Below are positions 52,110 through 64,000 of a DNA stretch of 64,000 bases, piece after piece. The notes under the pieces were generated by a model. It made no database searches, was not told the DNA's origin, and saw nothing but the letters and a program-made list of their open reading frames with translations. How positions within the stretch are numbered: position 1 is the stretch's first letter; the number at the start of each line of letters is the position of its first letter. The stretch lies in NCBI RefSeq assembly GCF_006345805.1, contig NC_043005.1:46934001-46998000 (forward strand), written 5' to 3'. The position numbers were made by a program, and so were the translations under genes. The DNA comes from Octopus sinensis. Its lineage: Eukaryota.

Positions 52110-52534
52110 CATAGTAAAATGCGAGCATGAAATATCATATTCTTAAGATTATAAACCTGGAAAAGTACAGGACAAGTTATTACACTTGTAAAAGTATAGG
52201 ACAAGCTATTACTTCAAGTAAAGTAAGGAATAAGAAACTTTTTGCTTAAAATATTGCAGCTAAAATTAAAATTTGAATATTAAAACTTATTTTATTATAG
52301 CTTACAAATAATACTATACTTATTCAAGTAGAATTTGGCTAATTTACTACCTTCAATACAGAAAAAAGTGACTAATGAAACAAATTACAAATTAGCTGAA
52401 CAGTTTTGTACAATAAATTTAAAAGATGAGAACTGTAAAGATCAATAAATTTTTACAGGTGTAATAACTTGTTCTGTACTTTTCCAGGTTTATAATCTTA
52501 AGAATATGACTTTTCATGCTCGCATTTTTCCATG
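52110..52534. mobile_element. MITE (~425 bp) with ~85-bp TIRs and TA flanks
   Basis: TA|catagtaaaatgcgagcatgaaatatcatattcttaagattataaacctggaaaagtacaggacaagttattacacttgtaaaa ... ttttacaggtgtaataacttgttctgtacttttccaggtttataatcttaagaatatgacttttcatgctcgcatttttccatg|TA. Subterminal ~29-bp tandem repeat. Confidence 0.85.
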
Positions 52535-53333
52535 TATTTATTATACAAATATAGTACGAACAAAGGCATAGGAGAAAGCTTTTTAAAAAAATCACTATGC
52601 AATCATTAGATCATGCGTTCCAGCCCGCTGCTTGACCTTTTGTGCAAGTATTTCGTTTGTTTGTTTTCTTTGACCATAGGCTCAAACGTGGCTGTGAGGT
52701 GAGAAGTTTGTTTCCCAATCACATAGTTCGTGGTTCAGTCCCCTTGGACAAGTGTCTTCTACTGCAGCCTCGAGCCGCGATGTTTTGTGTGTTTGCGCCC
52801 CCACAATGAAAATAAAAGTTCTTAAGCGGAAATTAAACCTTGAACATATATTCGAAATCATGCTCATTGTTTTATGTAAAATGCTGGGTTTTTTTTAATG
52901 TTACAATGACCGAGTCGGATAAGCTAAGCTCATAAAACTTTAGAACTAAGAACACCACACACACACGTGAAAACATTATTATACAAGAATATTGTTGATA
53001 GTGACTTCGAAATTTTGACTGGTTAAGCAATAATTGGACTGTGATCTATTAGAGTTACTCTTGTCATTATATAGTCTCTATTTAGTAAAAATCATCTTTG
53101 GCTGTGTGAGTTTGAGTGGGATTGTAATTAGGTTTTTTATGGTTATTACCACTCCAGTCCAGTAAACCCCCCACACACAAATATGACTTTAACTAAACAG
53201 AAACTATATAAAGACAAGTCAAACTCTAATGTATCGCAGTCCCACGATTTGGTTAGCTGGGCGAATCTTCGAAGTCACTGTCAAAAAATGCTTGTATAAG
53301 AATGATGAATTTGTACTCTATGAAAATATAGAG

Positions 53334-55925
53334 CAATAATTCTTAACCTAGGGGCGTCAGTAATTCCCAAGATGGTGGGGAGGGCGTTAGTAATTTCCAA
53401 AGAAGGCATGAGCCCTTGAGAAAAAGCAGGAATTTCCCTAATTATATTTGCTATTCCTTTAACTAGAATATGGTCAAATAATGAGATTATGAAAAAATGC
53501 AAAAGTGTCGCCTTTAACCTTTCGTTTTTTTTATCCTTTTATCTTAGCACCGCTTACTATTTTCTGTACTTATTGACCCCACTTCATATCCCTCAAAACC
53601 CTCACTAATTCTGAACTGTAGCTTTAACAGTTGCCTTTATTTTGTAATTTTTTTACAAGACTCAGTTTAAGAACCACAGGAATAAAGCTTAGATATTATT
53701 ATCATGTAAAGAAAAACATCTTATAAACAAGTTTGATCCACAGTTTTCATATATATGAAATAATAATGTGATTCTTAAAAATCAAGAGACATGCTGAAAC
53801 ATTATTTAAATCATTATAGTAATATACTAAGAAATATTAACTTAATTTTTTTTTAAATTGAAAACAATCTATAAATTTTAGCAAGATGAAAAGTATGGTA
53901 TATTTAAAAAATGGAACTAAAGCAAAATGTATGTAATAGGTTTTACTATCACACAATTTAATAAAGTCTCAAAAAAATTAAAACACAGATTGGCAAAATA
54001 TAAAAAATTTAACAATAAAACCAAAAATTTTAATATTAAATGTTTATGTTAAAACTATAGTAAATTCTTTTATAAGAAAGAAGTTATAATATAAAGCCAA
54101 ATTAAACTAAAATTCAGATTTAAATATTACAGAAAGTACTAGGTAAAACTAAAAAAGCTATGCAAAATCTTTTCTTTTTCAAAGAAACTTTTTTTATATT
54201 TTCGTACAAATAAATACAATATTTTATTGTAGAAATTTCTCGTATAACATTTCCTTTAATTTAACTTTATTCCAAATGTTTTTGTTGTAAATTTTTTTCA
54301 AAACTTCTTACTCCAACGTTCTAACTTCGGCCTTGACATTATCTTATACATGCCTCGTCTTTTGTTCACATATTTGTGTTGTCCACAAATAATTCACAAT
54401 GAGTAAAAAGAAACGGAAGTTTCGAATATATTCGATTTAGATTCGTGTCCCTCCAAAAGGGTGACACAGAAATCTCCCAGGTACTGGTATATACTCGTTT
54501 TGTGCCATGTAATTGTGTAAAAGAGGAAATGTTCTGTCACTAGCAGCAGCTATTTTTCGCGATGTATCTAACATCTTTCAGGAAAACCAACTTTTGTGGG
54601 ATTTGCTGGTAGGGGTGTGCACTGATGAAGCTCTAGCCATGCTTGGTTTGCAGTCTGGATTCATTACTAGGGTGAAAGAAAAAGCTCTATCTGTTGTAGG
54701 TAAACACTGCATACTTCATCGTGAAGCCTTAGCATACTGAAATGAGAAATGTCCTGAACGTGGCTATCAAGGTTGTCAACTTTGTTAAACGTGGAGCCTT
54801 AAACAGTCGTCTTTTCAAACTGTTGTGTAAAGATATAGAATCTGAACATGAAGCATTGCTTTTTCACACGAACATACGATGGCTATCAAAGGGGAACATG
54901 CTTGGACGGCTTTATGAACTACAAGTATCAATATTTCTAGATTTGCAGTAGAAGGCAGATCTCCATTATAAGTTCCAGTCTGAAGGCATTCAGCTATCTC
55001 TAGCTTACCTTATGGACATCTTCGAAGCGTTGAATGCTCTCAACCTTAAACTACAAGGGGTAAACATCAACATTCGCACGTACCACATCACCATTCGAAA
55101 CTTCATGGCCAAACTCGACCTCTGTAAATGTCGTATTCATCAGAGAAATGCAACCAGTTTTGGTTACATGGATTCTGCTCTCATTCACGATGACCTTGAT
55201 TCTGAGTTAAAGAAACAAATAATCACTCATCTAACTGGCTTGGAAACAGAGTTCATCAGATAATTCCTAGATATAGATGGAAAGCTTGAAGCTTGGAAAT
55301 TCATCAGGAACTCATTTCAGTCTAAAGTGACCGATGTTTTGGATGAAGTGCAAGAGGAGTTTCTTGAGCTGAAGTTCAACCTCTCTAGCTAAGGAAGATT
55401 TCAAAGAACTGGATCTTGACACATTCTTGATCAAGTACATTCCTGTTTAGCCTCTGATCTCACATCAGGCTCTTCGGATTTTAACTATGTTTGGATCGAC
55501 GTATCTTAGTGAAGCTGTATGTTCCACACTCGTTGCTGTGAAGGCCAAGTACAGAAACAAGCTGAATGTTTAAAGGGCTTACGTTCTGAACTCTCTCGTA
55601 TTCAACCACGCATTCAAGATCTTGTAGCTAAGAAGCAGTGTCAAGTATATCACTAATAATGTAACTAATTCATACTCAATAAAAAAACAACTTTTTTTGC
55701 TAAGAAGCAGTGTCAAGTATCCCGCATTTTGGATAATGTGATTATATATAAAATTATACATATTTTGTATAACATAACTAATTCATATTCAATAAAAAAA
55801 CTAAAAACATATTTTAGATTCTTTTTTAATCTGGGAGGGAATTTTATTCATAGATGCAAGGGGAGCGTGGCGAGAAGGACAAATTCTTAGGGGAGTCGTG
55901 GTAGTAAAAAGGTTAAGAACCACTG
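53334..55925 (+). mobile_element. hAT (Charlie/Buster) DNA transposon, internally deleted, with both TIRs and 8-bp TSD
   Basis: Left caataattcttaacct, right aggttaagaaccactg (CAGTGGTTCTTAACCT type). TSD atatagag (53326-53333) / gtatagag (55926-55933) with central TA. Confidence 0.88.
54400..55660 (+). pseudogene. Charlie/Buster (ZBED5/SCAND3-like) transposase remnant
   Basis: MSKKKRK; VGVCTDEALAMLGLQSGF..HCILHREALA; VVNFVKRGALNSRLFKLLC..LLFHTNIRWLSKGNMLGRLYEL; LAYLMDIFEALNALNLKLQG; FGSTYLSEA..KAKYRNKL. Multiple stops and frameshifts. Confidence 0.92.
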
Positions 55926-57329
55926 GTATAGAGTAACCCATCAGATTAATGTAAAGTTTTTTTATTATAACTGCACACAAAAATAAACATTAATACACAC
56001 ACACACACACATACACATAATTAACACCAAAGCGCTAATCATTGTTGAGGAAATAAATTTTCCACTGAGCGGAGCACTATAAAATACCAATGATTATTTT
56101 CTTGTCTACAAATACAAAGCAAAAGTCTAAGTTCACTGCGATATGATTTAACCCATGAAAATTGAATGACGAAAATATACAATGCTTAAATCAGATTCAT
56201 TTGCACTTTATAGTTTGAACAGTTTATCATTTCTCAATCCATTTATAAAAATTGAAATTATTGTCAATATAAGTTCATCAATAATCATTATCTTACTCAA
56301 ACTATAATCTATACGAAATGCTGCTAATCAATATTGTAAAGAGAACTAAAATATCATATTGAATATTAAAACTCATGTAGAATTTGATCGAACCGACAAT
56401 ATTATAAAATATGATTTATGCGCCGTCCAGAAGAATATTCATGTATTTTACAAGCTCCGAATAATTGGTCATTATTTCGCACTGTTGGCTGTTTAATTAT
56501 GATCTAAATAAATACGAGGAAGTTGTTTTGCATTTGAGTTTTGCAATTCGATTAGGATAAGGATCTGTTAATTAGATAAGCACTGTTTATATGTATGTTG
56601 CATTTAATTAAATTATTTCTACCCACCAGAGAGGTCTTACTTGATATCCCTTTACAACTAGTTTCGAAGTTTATGACCGTTTCTTTAACACTCTGTGGTA
56701 TACTTCACTCCCAAGAGATCATCCATCCTCATCAGAATCCTTTATTCATAACCTGTGTGGCATATGTGGTTGTCAATTGAACGCGATCTTTAAGGGTTCT
56801 AGCCGCACTGTAAAGAGAATGAACGCTGTCCGTTGTGACTTTGACAACTTTATTTAATGCTCATTTCAGGAATTTTATAATATCCAAACAAATAAATTTT
56901 CTTATTATTATTCTGACATACTTTTCCTTAGAGTGAACACCATATTCTAACAAGTACTCTCGAACTGTGATGAAAATAATTAATGAGTATGCAGAAATGT
57001 CTGAGATCTCCGAGGGACCGCAATAATCTACAACTAATATCAATTTTAAATAGATAAATTCTAACGAGGATCCTGTTAATCACTCACCTAATTTATATAT
57101 ACATACATATATATACATACATGCACAAATATATTTAGACACACACAGATACACACATTCCATACACGAGCGAGCATGCACGCATGCAAAGGCGTATGCG
57201 CGTGGTTCCTTCTTACTATGTGTATATGTGTGTGTGCGTGTGTTAAATATAACAACAATATTATATATAGCTGTGCATATGTCTCTGTATATGCATGTAT
57301 GGTGTGTATTTATGTCTGTGTTTGTGTGT

Positions 57330-57379
<50 letters not shown>

Positions 57380-57419
57380 CATATATATATACATATACAT
57401 ATATATATATATATTATAT

Positions 57420-57465
<46 letters not shown>

Positions 57466-57728
57466 TGTATTTACACATATATGGATATGCATATGTATAT
57501 ACACATACATTCATGTATATATATAAATTAATAGAGAGATACAAATGATAATCCAGTACTTTATTTATATTACATACAACATAATATACTATGAATAAAT
57601 TATTATCTCTCTATTTAAATTATTGTTTGTAATTTGCATTATACCCATATATATGTGGTATTCAATCGCCGTACCAGTGAACTGGATGCTTTACATAGCC
57701 CTTCGAAGGAATTTTTTCCTTTGTTTGT

Positions 57729-57782
<54 letters not shown>

Positions 57783-57789
<7 letters not shown>

Positions 57790-57955
57790 CCAAACATCAA
57801 AACACAAAGAGAAAACACAATAACGCTAGGACGTGGAACAAGTATAGTGTTATTGGACGCTCAAGAAAAGAAAAAAAGAAGGATTTAACGTTTCGAGTGG
57901 AGGTCTTCGTCAGAAACATAGAAAAGGGAAAGATCCAAAGAAAGGAAGACGGAGA
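57783..57955 (-). mobile_element. Short Penelope-derived pLTR-like element with hammerhead motif
   Basis: Minus strand 57917..57883: gttt-CTGACGA-agacctccactc-GAAAC-GTT-aaat. Abuts (TA)n. Tail shared with 4505-4672 and 4727-4822. Confidence 0.65.
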
Positions 57956-59013
57956 AATATATATTTATGTATACATATTTACACACAATATGTATAATAT
58001 CAATGTGAGTATGTATGAATTGTTTATTTTAATATCAAGTTATATATTAAGGAATTTTATATATAACTGAAGAATTACTCAATATTTTGTAGTAGAGTAA
58101 ATATTTAATAACTTTCACAAGGAAAATGTTGACAGTGACTTTAAAGTTTTAGCTTGCTTAGATTCATCTGACACTGATAAAGGAATACAAGACGACACAT
58201 TCAAGTCAATCTTTTCTTTGCTGAAGTTACTCCACACGCGCGCGTCTGTATATATCGATGCATAAGCAGACCCAACATGGCTAATATGTTTGATAAGTTC
58301 GACATTCATCTCGAACGTTTCAATATGTCAGTATCTGTAAGTAAGCCTTAATTAGAGACTGGTCTCCAAATGGCTGTAAATTTGCCAAGAAATTATAACG
58401 AGCACTGTGGAGTTTGAAGTTAAATAAGTTAGTATGACCAAACGAGACGATACAGATATATCGTGTGGGTCAGTTCAGACAGATGCAGTTTGCACGCTGT
58501 AGTGACAGTAAAAGAGGTATGAAGAAGAAACCGCCTTTTTCAGTCAAATATTAAAGCGTGTTGGTGAGAATTAGCTATTCCTCTAGCCGTTCTTTCGATG
58601 CGATGTATACTGTCGCGGTGAAATTCGTCCTTCGGAAAAGAGCGGTTAGAACACCCGCAAACATCATCCTCTCCACGTATATTTTCGCTATTGGCAGGCT
58701 CGGGATCTTTACAGTGTATCGACACTATTGCCAGAAAAAAGCTACAAAACTTCGTACTGCTCAATTTTAAAATTAAATAATGAAAAGAAAGATATCTGTA
58801 TTTTAGAAATATATGAATTATATATTCTTGAATGAAGAAACCCCCCCCCCACACACACACTCACGCACACACGCACGCGCGCATACACACTGGTGTGTGT
58901 GTATATATATATGTGTGTATGCATGCATGCATATATGTATGTATATATGTATATATATATATATCCATATATATATACATATGTATGTATATTTACATAC
59001 GCACACACACACA

Positions 59014-59059
<46 letters not shown>

Positions 59060-59063
<4 letters not shown>

Positions 59064-59247
59064 ATATAAAACTGAGAATGTGTCTCTGTCTGTCTGGTGT
59101 CTGTATGTACGCATCACTATACCTCGAAAACTACCCAACAGATATCATTCAAATTTTGCACATGCCTTACATAGGGTCCATGCAGTGTCATGAGTCAAAA
59201 AGAATTTTCAACGTCTTGTCTAATGCGAAAAATCGCATATACATATA

Positions 59248-59301
<54 letters not shown>

Positions 59302-59648
59302 CCTTATGAGTGGATTTCGTACACGGAAATTGAAAGAAGACTGTGATATATAGGTGTATATTTGTGTTTGTGTGTGTGTGTGTCTTTGTGTGTGTATGAG
59401 TGTGCCTGTGCTTGTATCCCCACCTTTGCTTAACAACCGATGTTGCTGTTTTTACTTACCCATAGCCAAGCGGTTTGGCAAAATACACTGCTAAAATAAG
59501 TACTAGGCTTACAAAGAATAAAGTCTGTCGTCAATTTGTTCGACCAACGGCAGTGCTCCCACATGGCCGCAATCACATGATTGAAACAAGCAAAGTAATA
59601 AAGAACTAATCCATTATAATCCCGAGCATTGCCGGTTATCTCTGCTAG
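59060..59648 (+). mobile_element. Non-autonomous Helitron-like element containing a head-less SINE-A fragment (59298-59603)
   Basis: 5' tatataaaactgagaatgtgtctctgtctgtc.. as at 26605. 3' cccgagcattgccggttatctctgCTAG|T. Confidence 0.65.
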
Positions 59649-59671
59649 TATATATATTATATATATATATT

Positions 59672-60002
59672 GAAGGCGCATGGCTCAGTGGTTAGAGCGT
59701 CGAGCTTACGATCGTGAGGTTGTGAGCTCGAATCCCGGACCGGGCTGCGTGTTGTGTTCTTGAGCAAAGCACTTTATTTCACGTTGCTCCAGTTCACTCA
59801 GCTGTAGAAATGAGTTGTGACGTCACTGGTGCCAAGCTGTATCGACCTTTGTCTTTCCCTTGGATAACACTGGTGGCATGGAGAGGGGAGGCTGGTATGC
59901 ATGGGCGACTGCTGGTCTTCCATAAACAACCTTGCCCGGACTTGTGTCTAGGAGGGTAACTTTCTAGGTGCAATCCCATGGTCATTCATGACCGAAGGGG
60001 GT

Positions 60003-60005
<3 letters not shown>
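59672..60005 (+). mobile_element. tRNA-derived SINE family C, full length
   Basis: A box TGGCTCAGTGG, B-box-like GCTCGAATCC, core gttgtgttcttgagcaaagcactttatttcacgttgctccagttcactcagctg, tail ..tcccatggtcattcatgaccgaagggggtc. Confidence 0.9.
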
Positions 60006-60047
<42 letters not shown>

Positions 60048-60051
60048 TGTA

Positions 60052-60266
60052 TGAGGGCTTGCTGAAAAATTCTTGGGTTTGGGTAAAAGAAAATACAGGA
60101 GGATCAGTTAATGATGATTTATTGAACATATCCCACTCTCAAATTCACACACTTATTACAGCGGGCCTTCAGATTTTCTAATCCCTGTAAAAGAACTCGG
60201 AAGTTTGGGCCTGCAACCAGGCCTTTTGCGATACCCTAAAAACCAGGAACTTTTCAGCGCCCCTCG
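60052..60266. mobile_element. Mariner-type MITE, copy 2
   Basis: TA|tgagggcttgctgaaaaattcttgg ... ccaggaacttttcagcgcccctcg|TA. Homologous to 47499-47720. Confidence 0.85.
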
Positions 60267-63200
60267 TACACACACATATATTTATTTGTGTGTGTAGATA
60301 TGTATATATACGTATGTGTGTGCTTGTGCGCGTGTGCATATCTGTTCTTGTATGTTTGTATGTAAGTTATACATGATGATTGCCTTGCTTGTCAGTTGAT
60401 AACCGTTTCACATTACGCTTGATTTTTTTTTATACTTTCATCCTTATATGTGATCGGATATGACTTACACATATGCCCACGCCATTTGACTTTATAAAAA
60501 TACAATTCATCTCAAGAAATGAAACTATAGCGAGATATTTGTACGTCAATGGATTTAAGTCACTCGACATATTCTTCATAATTCCCAATAAACGAAATTT
60601 TACAGCTAGCCTTGCTAGTGACACAATGGTTGTCTAGTTATTGATTTAACCTAGAACCAAAATTTGAATCAGATAGTTTCTTTAAAAATGTAACTTAAGT
60701 TGATAAGACTTTTCGTTTTCTACCCTTAATTATTTTAGCGGCAGTTCAATCCTGATCATGGAGACAAGCTCTAACCGTCCAGTCTTTTCATTTTCCAGAT
60801 TTAGTATAATCAGAACTGGCTATATTTTCTTATATGTTTTTTCCATGTTTTCACGTGTAACACGAGGGAAATATTTATTGCTATTTCTACCATCTTGATG
60901 TTCAATATCGAGTTTCTTACCTTGGCTCGTGAGAATATTATTGTATATTTTAAAATATATTTCATTCTAAAAGTAGTACATACCAGCCTCCCTTATATTT
61001 GTCTCTTCACTGCATCTCTAAGGATGTAAGTATACAAAAGAAAGCAAGATCTCATCGTCGCTAACTTGTATCTAATTAAAATATGCTAACATACCCAGAA
61101 ATATGCTGTACATATGTATAAACATACATATGCTTACAACTCTGAATATGCCTTGAGTCGACCATTCGCTTTTCATTAATAACTGTGCACATTAGAATAA
61201 AATATATTGATAGCATATTGGATTAATTAATACAAATTAGTAACAGGAATATTTAAATTTGCATTTACATCAGTGGATTAAAAATATCTTCAAATTCCTG
61301 GTTGGTAGATGTCACCAGTTTCTTTTGTGTTTCCATTATTAAATACTTTATCTACATTTATATGGTCAGTCACCATGTTATTCTATATTATAAGGCATCT
61401 TTCAGTTTGAAAACTTATTTTACATAACGTTTCCCAAATGAAGGAGCGTTTAAATTTGTATAAAAACAGATGAGAATTTTCAAACAACATGTTCTACTTC
61501 TCGTTGTTTGATTGTTTGATCTTTAACAAGACAGAAACGACGCATTATTTGAAAAAGGATTTCCTCAGCTATTTCACCAACAAAAGAATAGGAAACATAT
61601 TATTTGAATTTATTTAGTTTTCAAAGTATGGAAGGAAACACTTTAGGTGTAATAACTGTAAATCTTTCAGGAAGCCTTTCAGCAAACAATATATCAGAGT
61701 ATATGACTGTTTTAATCCATAATCAGGTGCGTATATCTTAAGAAATGTATTTAGACCTCACTCCTTTTGTTTTCAACTCTTTAACACTTCCGAATGATCA
61801 AATACTTATAGCAAACTTATCTCATTTCAAAGCTCACTCCTTCAAAATTTCTACTTTACTTTCATTTTTGAATTCTTGCATATATGTTTCTGCCTTTTCT
61901 TACATTTACAACTAAGATAGAAATTTTCACAAATACTTCCGGTACAACAAGAATTATGCTCATTGATCTACGCAACGGCGTCTATTATTTGTATTTCTGT
62001 TTCTTAAACTTATAATATTATACTTACATTTGCAAATGAAATCTATTCTTTTCTCCTTTTTTTTTTATTTTTCTATTATACATTACATTCCGTTTACAAA
62101 GAGAAGATATCGAATATGAGAAATTATACATCCTTGAGTATCTTTTAAATATTTAATCGAAATGCGTTAGAAGATATCAAATGAAGCCACGGAAATTTAA
62201 TCTATAAGAAACAGACATCACATTCTTTTGGAATAGCGTCAACAATTGAAATGTGAGCAAATATGTAACTTGAGCAGACATAAATTATCGACGATAAAGT
62301 ACTTAATTTTCGTTCGTATACGCGCGTGCGTGTGCACTTGCGCGAGCGCGCACACACACAGGCACACACAAGCACAAACACACACACATACAGATAGAGT
62401 CACTCACACATCTATATATTAACTAGTTTGCCTCTGTTTTTCCTTTTATTTCGCCCGGATATTAATTTGATTGCGTTTACTTCACATGAAAAACGTTTAA
62501 AACTCTCTTCAATCCGTCCACAAATTTATGGTAGAACATGATTATATTGATCTCTGTTTAAACAAAATTTGCGTCTTTTCAATAGACATAAGTCAACATA
62601 TTTTAGGATTGGAATAGGATAGTTAGACAATGATATTTTTCCTTGAATAACGATGCGGACACGGTGAAATGCCATAGACTGCAGACCTAAATTAAGTTGC
62701 GATATTAATATAATTCTCCCTCAACAGTACGAATTATAACTAATCATTTTAACTAATAATTTTTTCTAACATTATTTATGTGTTACTTTTCCATTACTTT
62801 CTTCAAATCATATAATTTTAGAAGAATAATGGAAAGATATAAACTTCAGTAAAAAGAACTGTTGAAAAGAATGTGAAACTCATGCAAACGAGATATAATA
62901 TATTAAACATTTCAGCTCTGATAAGAGTTTACGCAAGTTTTCCTGTGCTTATTAAATTCTTATCATAAAGAGTCAGCCATTATTATCTTCATGTTAACTT
63001 TTTTTTGTTATTGTCTTTGCCAAATAGGCAAACAAAATGCCAAACTTTTAGTAGCGAAATAAATATAAAATAACAGAGATTTGTGAAAACTAGTAAATTT
63101 TAATATTGTAGCATAATAAAACACTAATGCCGGTCATCACATCTTGGAATTATCAAGGAATAAAAGAAAAGTAATCAAACGAACAAAGTTTCTCAACGTA

Positions 63201-63893
63201 GAGTAGCAATCGTTCATTAAAAAAACTGGACATTTTCCAAATGACAAACACTAGATTTACTCCATTTTCAATGAAAATATAAGCATAGAAACCATATTTT
63301 TATATTTATATCATTTTAGTTGTGGTTTTAATGCCGAGATTGTAGGCTTTTAGCATGTAAATAACGAGACACCAAGTTGAAGCTAATTCATTTATTTTAT
63401 GTTGATAGTATCCTAGAGAAAGATTTGTAAAATTGCACATTTTTCTTCATTTTATAAGTTTGTATTTTAATTAATTATCAAGTTCATTGTAAGGGGAGAA
63501 TGGAAGAATAGAATTTAGCTCTATATTTCTAAAATGTTTCAAATCCACTGAAAGACAATTATTTGTTATATACTTGCCATTGTTTACACACATATCCATT
63601 TGAAAGTTTTTCCTGCAGGTACTATCCTAGAGTTGTGAAACTCACCATCAAACACAACATCGTTAATGAGGAAGAGGCTTGACTAAGATTTAAAAACCGC
63701 TTATAATTTCCAAATAGCGTTTTAATAAGGAAACGATATCTCATACCAAAACGAACTTGTGTAAGTGGCACAAGTTCAACCTTGTATTATAGTGATCGGC
63801 CCAAGGCAGATTTGAACAAAGAGAGTTAAAGAAGTGGACAGGATACTAAGTGGTAAATAATTAGGTACATATCCATTAAAGGATATCAAGAGT

Positions 63894-64000
63894 GAAGGCG
63901 AGTGGCTTAGAGCTTAGGCTAATCGGCTCATGATCGTAAGGTTGTGAGTTCGATTAACGGCTGCGCGTTGTGCTCTTGAGCAAGACGCTTTGTTTCACGT
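63894..64000 (+). mobile_element. SINE family C head, truncated by window end
   Basis: gaaggcgagtggcttag..tcatgatcgtaaggttgtgagttcgatt..gcgttgtgctcttgagcaagacgctttgtttcacgt. Confidence 0.85.

Noticed and set aside
58100-58770. Possible piggyBac-like transposase relic
   Set aside because: Only vague Cys-containing fragments; no diagnostic motif or TTAA/TIR could be confirmed by eye.
59675-59745. tRNA gene (also 47085-47155, 47340-47409, 63894-63960)
   Set aside because: A/B boxes are present but the acceptor stem is not closed, and each continues into a repeated SINE body.

Overview
AT-rich, repeat-saturated eukaryotic (animal) genomic DNA with no confidently identifiable host gene. The SINE families, microsatellite density and TE mix resemble coleoid cephalopod (Octopus-like) intronic or intergenic DNA; this taxonomic call is inference from recalled repeat families. 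Almost all ORFs in the supplied track are artefacts of (TA)n/(CA)n/(TATG)n repeats. Supported content: a 5'-truncated CR1-group LINE (35626-37417, minus; 7-bp TSD, YADD->YAYD, one nonsense codon); an RTE LINE 3' end nested in a SINE; Penelope-like (GIY-YIG) remnants; a mariner transposase relic; a Tc1/maT-like relic; a hAT Charlie/Buster element with both TIRs and an 8-bp TSD; several MITEs; non-autonomous Helitron-like ends; dozens of tRNA-derived SINE copies in at least four modular families; and a 2.5-kb (TATG)n satellite. The most notable pattern is a set of about eight minimal type-I hammerhead-ribozyme-like motifs (CYGANGA...GAAAC...NUH) carried by short Penelope-derived elements in TA microsatellites. 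Several are head-to-head fold-backs whose inverted copy starts at or near the predicted cleavage site. Also visible are a LINE-SINE partner pair sharing a 3' tail, a candidate dimeric SINE and tandem SINE arrays. All calls were made by eye and no searches were run.
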